This document shows, one piece after another, positions 26,159 to 32,000 of a stretch of 32,000 nucleotides of DNA. A model generated the notes under the pieces. That model made no database searches and was not told the origin of the DNA. It saw only the letters and a list, made by a program, of their open reading frames with translations. Position 1 is the stretch's first letter; each line of letters begins with the position of its first letter. The stretch covers positions 2,070,001 through 2,102,000 of the forward strand of contig NC_008789.1 in the NCBI RefSeq assembly GCF_000015585.1. The letters are read 5' to 3'. The DNA is from Halorhodospira halophila SL1. Its GTDB lineage: Bacteria; Pseudomonadota; Gammaproteobacteria; Nitrococcales; Halorhodospiraceae. The position numbers and the translations under genes are program-made.

Positions 26159-28957
26159 GTGCTGCCGGCGTGGACCATCCTGCTGGTTTCGGCGCTCTAC
26201 GTCGGGCTCCTGTTCGCCGTCGCCTATACGGCGGACAAGCTCGGCGATCGCGGCCTGTCGCTGGTCAACAACCCGTACGTCTACACCCTGTCCATCGCCG
26301 TCTACTGCACGGCCTGGACCTTCTACGGCAGCGTCGGCCTGGCGGCCGAACAAGGGCTGGCCTTCCTGACCATCTACCTCGGCCCGACCCTGATGGCCAT
26401 CGTCTGGTGGGTGGTGCTGCGCAAGATCGTGCGCATCAGCAAGCTCTACCGGCTCACCTCCATCGCCGATTTCATCGCCGCCCGTTACGGCAAGAGCATG
26501 CTCCTCGGCGGCCTGGCGGCATTCATCGCCCTAGTCGGCACCACCCCGTACATCGCGCTGCAACTCCAGGCGGTCTCCTCGAGCTTCGACGTCCTGCTCC
26601 ATTTCCCGGACATGGAGGCGGTCCAGGCGGGCAGTGCCGGGCTTCTGGACGACAAGGCGCTCTACGTGGCGGCCCTCCTGGCCCTGTTCACCATCCTCTT
26701 CGGCACCCGCCACATCGACGCCACCGAACGCCTGGAGGGCATGGTGGTGGCGGTGGCCTTCGAGTCGGTGGTCAAGCTGGTCGCCTTCCTGGCGGTCGGG
26801 ATCTTCGTCACCTTCGTCCTCTTTGCCGGGCCCGTGGAGCTCTTCCGCGAGGCAGCGGCCTCGCCGGCCATCGCGGAGCTCGGCCTGCTCACCGGACTAC
26901 CCGGCGGCTACCAGAACTGGATCGCCATGCTGGCGCTCTCGGCCCTGGCGATCCTCTTCCTGCCGCGGCAATGGCAGGTCAGCGTGGTGGAGAACGTCAA
27001 CGAGGACCACATCCGCACGGCCTCCTGGCTCTTCCCGCTCTATCTACTGGTCATCAACCTGTTCGTCCTGCCCGTGGCCCTGGCGGGGCTGCTGTTCTTC
27101 GGCGACGAGATCCCCGGCGACGACTACGTGCTGGCCCTGCCCCTGGCCGTCGATCAGGGGCTGCTCGGCCTGCTGGTCTACATCGGCGGCTTCTCGGCGG
27201 CCACCGGCATGGTGATCGTCGCCACCATCGCCGTGGCCATCATGGTCAGCAATGACATTGTGACCCCGGCGCTGCTGCGCCTGCGCCGCTTTCACGCCCG
27301 GGGGCGCCACGATCTGTCGAGGCTGATCGTCACCATCCGGCGCCTGGTGATCTGCGCGATCCTCGCCCTCGGCTACGCCTACTACCTGCTCATCGCCGAC
27401 ACCCACGCCCTGGTCTCCATCGGGCTGATCTCCTTTGCCGCGGTGGCGCAGTTCGCGCCGGCGGTCCTGCTCGGGCTGTTCTGGAAGGGGGCGAGCCGGC
27501 GCGGCGCCCTGGCCGGGCTGGTGGCCGGGTTCCTGCTCTGGGCGTACACCCTGCTGCTGCCTTCGCTGGCCGAGGCGGGGCTGCTCGGCGAGCGGCTGCT
27601 CACCGACGGCCCGTGGGGCATTGAATGGCTGCACCCCTACGGCCTGTTCGGTATGGAGGGCATGGACCCCATCGCCCACGCCTTCTTCTGGACCCTGCTG
27701 GCCAACCTCGGGCTGCTCCTCGGTGTCTCGCTGTTCGATCGCCAGGGCGACATGGAACGCATCCAGGCCACGCTGTTCGTCGACGTCTTCCTGCGCTCGG
27801 AGCGCGACGCCCGCTTCTGGGAGGGCACCGCCACCGTCGGCGACTTGCAGGACCTGCTCGGCCGCTTCCTCGGCCCGGAGCGGGCCGCCGGGGTCATCCG
27901 TGAGTACGGCGCCCACCGCGGACGTCCGCTGGATGAGGCCGAGCAGGCACAGCCCGAGCTGGTCAATCAGGTCGAGCGCCTGCTCGCCGGCTCCATCGGC
28001 TCCGCCTCGGCCCGGGTGATGGTGGCCTCCATCGTCAAGGGCGAGGCGCTCTCCTACGAGGGGGTCATGGAGATCCTCGACGCCACCTCGCGGGCCATCG
28101 AGTACTCGCGGCGGCTGGAGGAGAAATCCCACGCCCTGGAGAGCGCCACCGAGGAGCTGCGCGCCGCCAACGAGCGGCTCAAGGAGCTGGACCAGCTCAA
28201 GGACGAGTTCGTCTCCATGGTCAGCCACGAGCTGCGCACGCCGCTGACCTCGATCCGCGCCTTCGGCGAGATCCTACTCAACAACCCGGAGATGGACGCC
28301 GATCAGCGCCGCGAGTTCCTGGAGGTGGTCGTCCGCGAGAGCGAGCGGCTGACCCGGCTGATCAACCAGGTACTGGACCTGTCCAAGATCGAGAGCGGCT
28401 CGGCCCAGTGGCAGCTGGAGGACGTGGATCTCTCGCGCCTGGCCCGGGAGGCGGCGGAGTCCACCCAGCAGCTGTTCACCGACCGGCAGACGCAGCTGCA
28501 CATCGAGATCGCCAGCGACGACAACGCCATCAAGGGCGATCCGGACCGCCTGATGCAACTGATCATCAACCTCCTGTCCAACGCCGCCAAGTTCACCGAG
28601 CCCGGCGAGGGGCAGGTGTGGCTGCGCCTGGAGAAGGGCCGCGGCGACACCCTGCGCCTGTCGGTCACGGATAACGGACCGGGGATCAGTGCCGAGGATC
28701 AGCGGCGGATCTTCGACAAGTTCCACCAGATCTCTCAGCAGCAGGCCGGCAAGCCCAAGGGCAGCGGCCTGGGGCTGGCCATCTGCCGGCTGATCGCCGA
28801 CGCCCACTGGGGCACGCTCTGGGTCGACAGCGAGCCCGGCGCCGGCGCCAGCTTCGTCTGCAAGCTGCCCCGCGCCGGCGGCGAGCACTGCAACGTCACC
28901 GGGTACGTGGCGTTCTCCGAGCGCGGCCCGGCACCCCCTGAGGAGGAGCCGTCGTGA
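26159..28957 (+). CDS. SSS(SLC5)-STAC sensor histidine kinase (CrbS/CbrA-type paralogue, no PAS or receiver seen)
   Basis: 932 aa. The N-terminus (MLPAWTILLVSALYVGLLFAVAYTADK) is paralogous to the kinase at 11049. STAC-like segment: ELVNQVERLLAGSIGSASARVMVASIVKG. A coiled coil follows, then H-box FVSMVSHELRTPLTSIRAF. ATPase boxes are NLLSNAAKFT, DNGPGIS and GSGLGLAICRLI. Confidence 0.9.
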   Translation: MLPAWTILLVSALYVGLLFAVAYTADKLGDRGLSLVNNPYVYTLSIAVYCTAWTFYGSVGLAAEQGLAFLTIYLGPTLMAIVWWVVLRKIVRISKLYRLTSIADFIAARYGKSMLLGGLAAFIALVGTTPYIALQLQAVSSSFDVLLHFPDMEAVQAGSAGLLDDKALYVAALLALFTILFGTRHIDATERLEGMVVAVAFESVVKLVAFLAVGIFVTFVLFAGPVELFREAAASPAIAELGLLTGLPGGYQNWIAMLALSALAILFLPRQWQVSVVENVNEDHIRTASWLFPLYLLVINLFVLPVALAGLLFFGDEIPGDDYVLALPLAVDQGLLGLLVYIGGFSAATGMVIVATIAVAIMVSNDIVTPALLRLRRFHARGRHDLSRLIVTIRRLVICAILALGYAYYLLIADTHALVSIGLISFAAVAQFAPAVLLGLFWKGASRRGALAGLVAGFLLWAYTLLLPSLAEAGLLGERLLTDGPWGIEWLHPYGLFGMEGMDPIAHAFFWTLLANLGLLLGVSLFDRQGDMERIQATLFVDVFLRSERDARFWEGTATVGDLQDLLGRFLGPERAAGVIREYGAHRGRPLDEAEQAQPELVNQVERLLAGSIGSASARVMVASIVKGEALSYEGVMEILDATSRAIEYSRRLEEKSHALESATEELRAANERLKELDQLKDEFVSMVSHELRTPLTSIRAFGEILLNNPEMDADQRREFLEVVVRESERLTRLINQVLDLSKIESGSAQWQLEDVDLSRLAREAAESTQQLFTDRQTQLHIEIASDDNAIKGDPDRLMQLIINLLSNAAKFTEPGEGQVWLRLEKGRGDTLRLSVTDNGPGISAEDQRRIFDKFHQISQQQAGKPKGSGLGLAICRLIADAHWGTLWVDSEPGAGASFVCKLPRAGGEHCNVTGYVAFSERGPAPPEEEPS

Positions 28958-29937
28958 CCCGCCCCGAGGCCGCCGCCTTCCGACCCGCCTGGTGGCTGCC
29001 CGGCCGCCACGCCCAGACCGTCTTCCCGGCGCTGCTGCGCACCCCGCCCCGGCCGCCGCTGACCCCGGAGGTCTTCGAACTGCCCGACGGCGACTTCCTG
29101 GAGCTGGCCTGGGGACCGCCCGGCCAGGGGCTCGCGATCATCGGCCACGGGCTCGGGGGGAGCAGCGACTCGGCCTACGTCCGCGGGGTGGTGGCCGAGC
29201 TGGCCCGACGCGGCATCGGCTCGGTGGTGATGCAGTCGCGGGGGGCCGGGCGGCACCCCAACCGCCATCGGCGTTCGTACCACGCGGCCGCCTGGGACGA
29301 TCTGGAGGCCGTGGTCGCCGGCCTGGCCGAGCGCGACCCCCACCGCCCCCTGGCGGTGGTGGGTTTCTCGCTGAGCGGCTCGATGCTGCTCAACTGGCTG
29401 GCCGAGCGCGGTGACACCCCGGTGGCACGGGCGGTGGCCGTCTCGGTGCCGTTCGAGCTGGACCGCTGCGCCGACGCCCTGGAGCGGGGCTTCGCGCGTG
29501 TCTACCAGGCGTACCTGCTGCGCCGGTTGCGGGTCATGGCCGCGAACAAGTTTGCCGCCCGGGACGACAGCCCCGTCCCGGCGGAGCGGATCCGGCGCAT
29601 CCGCCGCCTGCGCGAGTTCGACAACCTGCTCACCGCGCCCCTGCACGGCTTCCGCGACAGCGCCGACTACTACCGGCGCGCCAGCTGCCGGCAGCGGCTC
29701 AGCGCCATCCGCCAGCCGACCGCCCTCCTCCACGCCGCGGACGACCCCTTCGTGCCGCCGGAGACGATCGCGGAGACCGCCGAGCTCGGCCCGGGTGTCA
29801 CCCTGGAGCTGCAGCGCCACGGCGGGCACGTCGGTTTCGTCGAGGGGCGCCAGCCCGGACGCCCGGGCTACTGGCTGGACGGGCGGATTGCCGACCTCCT
29901 CGAGGCGGCCCTGGGCAACCCGCCCGCCGGCGGCTAG
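28954..29937 (+). CDS. Alpha/beta-fold hydrolase, YheT/ABHD1-3-like
   Basis: 327 aa. The GTG start overlaps the kinase stop (GTGA at 28954-28957). N-terminal WWLPGRHAQTVFPALL is typical of the YheT family. Nucleophile elbow GFSLSGS, acid HAADDPFVP, His GGHVGF. Confidence 0.85.
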   Translation: MTRPEAAAFRPAWWLPGRHAQTVFPALLRTPPRPPLTPEVFELPDGDFLELAWGPPGQGLAIIGHGLGGSSDSAYVRGVVAELARRGIGSVVMQSRGAGRHPNRHRRSYHAAAWDDLEAVVAGLAERDPHRPLAVVGFSLSGSMLLNWLAERGDTPVARAVAVSVPFELDRCADALERGFARVYQAYLLRRLRVMAANKFAARDDSPVPAERIRRIRRLREFDNLLTAPLHGFRDSADYYRRASCRQRLSAIRQPTALLHAADDPFVPPETIAETAELGPGVTLELQRHGGHVGFVEGRQPGRPGYWLDGRIADLLEAALGNPPAGG

Positions 29938-29950
29938 CCCGGCACCCGGC

Positions 29951-32000
29951 TCAAAAGCGCAGGGTGCCGGTCACCCGAACGTCCCGGCCGGGCTCGTCGC
30001 GAATCTGCCACTCGTCGTTCTCCTCCACCGCCAGGGAGGTGTGCTCGGCGTACTGCTCGTCGAAGAGGTTGTTCACCGCCAGCGCCAGGGTCAGGCGGTC
30101 GTCGGCCCACGGCTGCCACTCGGCCTGCACGTCGTGGAGTTGGTAGCCGTCGCGCTCCGGCTCGTCGTCGGGGACGTCGGTGTGATCCCCCACCCAGGTG
30201 AGCGTGTAGCCCAGGGTCAGGGTCTCGTGGGCCGCCCAGCGCTGATCGAAGACCAGACGGTCACCGCCGCCCCCACCCAGGCGCCGGATCACCCCCACCG
30301 GGTCGCCGTCGTCGTCCACGGCCTCGGCGCTGAGGAACGAAAGCCGGGCGTCGTAGGGGCCCACGCCCCAGGCGGCGCGCAGTTCGTAGCCGCGCAGGCG
30401 GACCGGATCGGGGCGGTTGCGGACGCCCCCAACCAGCGGGGCGTCCTCATCCCAGAACGCGTCATGTCGCCTATCGGGCGGCAGGTTGTGCTGGTGCGGT
30501 GTGCCCCACGGGTCATCCCGCTCAACACTGTTTTTGATCCGCGTCTCGAAGAGCGTCGCCTCGAAGTCGAAGCGGTCCCGGGCCGTGATCAGATCCCGCC
30601 CCTGGTAGCGCAGGCCGCCCTCGCGCCGGCGGGACTCCTCGGCCTCGAACGGCTCGCCGTCATTCAGATTGGTCTCTTCGTCGTCGATGTAGGCCAGCCA
30701 GCCGATCGGCAGGATCCCGGCGCCACTGACCGCCTCGCCGTAGCCGGCGAAGGCGGTCCACCCGGCAGTCAGGTCGTACTCCGCACTGAAGTTGGGCGAG
30801 ACGGCATCGCCTTGGAGGGTCTCCTCCTGCAGGTCGGTGACATAGTCGTCGTAACGCAGCCCGGCGGAGAGGCGCAACCGCTCCCAGGCCATGCGGTTCT
30901 GCACGAAGGCGCCGAAGTTGCGCGACTGGTGACTGAGCCTCGAGCCGCCTCCGTGGGGGTCGCTGCGCCCGTCCTCGGTGTAGTAGTCGAAACCGGCGGT
31001 GAGCCGGTGACGGGTCGGCCCGGCGTCCAGGGTGAAGGTGTTGCGCAGGTCGCCGCCTTGCTCGACGGCGCGGGTGGTGGTGTTGTCGTCCTGGCGTTCC
31101 AGGCGGTTGTCGTTGCGGTAGACCCGGGCCTGCCAGTCCACGTGGGGGTCGGCCGGGCGGTAGCGGTGCTCGGCGGTCCAGGTGTCGCGGCGCTGCTCCT
31201 GGCCCACCGGGTCTTGGCGTGTCGTCTCGCTCGGATCACCGAAGTCACTGCCCCAGGAGCCGTAATGGTGATCCCCCTCGAAGGTGTTGCGCTGCACGCC
31301 GAGACGCAGCTGATGGCCCGATGCCGGCACGCGGCTGATGCGCGCCAGGTAGTCGCGATCGCGCCCGCCGGAGTACGGCATGGTGTCGCCGCCGCCGACC
31401 CGGTAGTCGTCCCGGTTGACCGCACCGATATGGGCCAGGGCGCCCCAGTCGCCGCCCAGCCGGCCGAAGGCGGTGGCCGAGCCGCGCTCGGCCTCGTCGG
31501 CGCTGGCGTAGCCGGCGCGCAGGCGGGCCCCAGTCTCTTCGTCGGGGTCGAGCAGATCCTGGGCGTCCACCGTCTCGAAGCGCACCGAACCGCCCAGCGC
31601 ACCGGGGCCCTGGTCCGCCGCCGGACGCGGGTCGAGATCGGCCGCCCGCAGCAGATCCGGGTCCAGACCGGTGAGGCCGCCGCGGTGCTGGTGGAGGTCC
31701 CGCCCCTGGCGGGCCCCGTCCACGGTGACGTTGAGGTTGTTGGACTCGACACCGCGCAGGTAGAGCCGCTGCGCGTTGCGGCTGCCACCGCCGACCCCGG
31801 CCGAGGCCTCGCCGCGGAAGATCTCGGCGCTGCTCGAGGCCTGGCGGCGCTGCAGGGCTTCGCTGGCCACGCCGCGGCCCAGGGGATCGCCGCCGGCCTC
31901 GATGCGCACCGGCGAGAGGCTGGTGGAGGACGCGTGCTCATCGCCCTCCTCCGCGGCCCCGGCCGGTACCGAGACCGCCGCAGCCAGCAGGGCGCCTAAC
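29951..32000 (-). CDS. TonB-dependent outer-membrane receptor, 5' end beyond the window
   Basis: The track starts it at GTG 31909, but the frame stays open to nt 31999. There it reads LGALLAAAVSVPAGAAEEGDEH.., a signal-peptide end, so the true start is past 32000. Plug motif LYLRGVESNNLNVTVDGARQG. C-terminal NNLFDEQYAEH...DVRVTGTLRF ends in Phe. Confidence 0.85.
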   Translation of the reverse strand, partial: LGALLAAAVSVPAGAAEEGDEHASSTSLSPVRIEAGGDPLGRGVASEALQRRQASSSAEIFRGEASAGVGGGSRNAQRLYLRGVESNNLNVTVDGARQGRDLHQHRGGLTGLDPDLLRAADLDPRPAADQGPGALGGSVRFETVDAQDLLDPDEETGARLRAGYASADEAERGSATAFGRLGGDWGALAHIGAVNRDDYRVGGGDTMPYSGGRDRDYLARISRVPASGHQLRLGVQRNTFEGDHHYGSWGSDFGDPSETTRQDPVGQEQRRDTWTAEHRYRPADPHVDWQARVYRNDNRLERQDDNTTTRAVEQGGDLRNTFTLDAGPTRHRLTAGFDYYTEDGRSDPHGGGSRLSHQSRNFGAFVQNRMAWERLRLSAGLRYDDYVTDLQEETLQGDAVSPNFSAEYDLTAGWTAFAGYGEAVSGAGILPIGWLAYIDDEETNLNDGEPFEAEESRRREGGLRYQGRDLITARDRFDFEATLFETRIKNSVERDDPWGTPHQHNLPPDRRHDAFWDEDAPLVGGVRNRPDPVRLRGYELRAAWGVGPYDARLSFLSAEAVDDDGDPVGVIRRLGGGGGDRLVFDQRWAAHETLTLGYTLTWVGDHTDVPDDEPERDGYQLHDVQAEWQPWADDRLTLALAVNNLFDEQYAEHTSLAVEENDEWQIRDEPGRDVRVTGTLRF

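Noticed and set aside
29411-31999. 862-aa + strand ORF, the longest in the track
   Set aside because: It is Arg/Gly/Ala/Pro/Val-rich with no recognisable motifs. It lies exactly antisense to a convincing TonB-dependent receptor (plug motif, C-terminal Phe). This is a typical shadow ORF of high-G+C DNA, where stop codons are rare.

Overview
Gene-dense, high-G+C window (roughly two-thirds G+C by eye). It looks like gammaproteobacterial chromosome, possibly from a halophile given the extremely acidic secreted proteins, but the taxonomy is a guess. I recognised no rRNA, tRNA, CRISPR array, transposase or integrase. There are four blocks. (1) nt 1-10467: eight co-directional minus-strand envelope genes. 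Two 'NPAG-motif beta-barrel + very acidic lipoprotein' pairs flank a translationally coupled core of CHASE2 class III nucleotide cyclase, SH3b protein and M48 metalloprotease. A further lipoprotein carries a 60-residue poly-Asp/Glu tail. (2) nt 10868-17487: a small 2-TM ORF, an SSS(SLC5)-STAC-PAS histidine kinase and an NtrC-type sigma54 activator (CbrX/CbrA/CbrB-like), followed by acetyl-CoA synthetase. (3) nt 17948-21170 (minus): an unusually long SSS symporter behind a near-consensus sigma54 promoter, then a small membrane protein and a TPR protein. (4) nt 21448-29937: a tightly packed six-gene plus-strand operon. It encodes a cNMP-binding/CBS/DUF294 nucleotidyltransferase, a stand-alone receiver, a TM-HAMP-PAS-pseudokinase fused to a DEDDh 3'-5' exonuclease, a second small 2-TM ORF, a second SSS-STAC histidine kinase and a YheT-like alpha/beta hydrolase. 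The window ends in a 5'-truncated TonB-dependent receptor gene. Block 4 is my best candidate for an undescribed system: a two-component pathway whose apparent outputs are a nucleotidyltransferase and an exonuclease rather than a DNA-binding regulator, sitting beside acetate-assimilation genes. On a manual read, the heptamer TGTTACC/GGTAACA occurs only in the control regions of acs and of the divergent symporter/operon promoters. This suggests one sigma54/CbrB-like regulon ties blocks 2-4 together. All domain calls come from reading motifs in the translations; no database search was possible.
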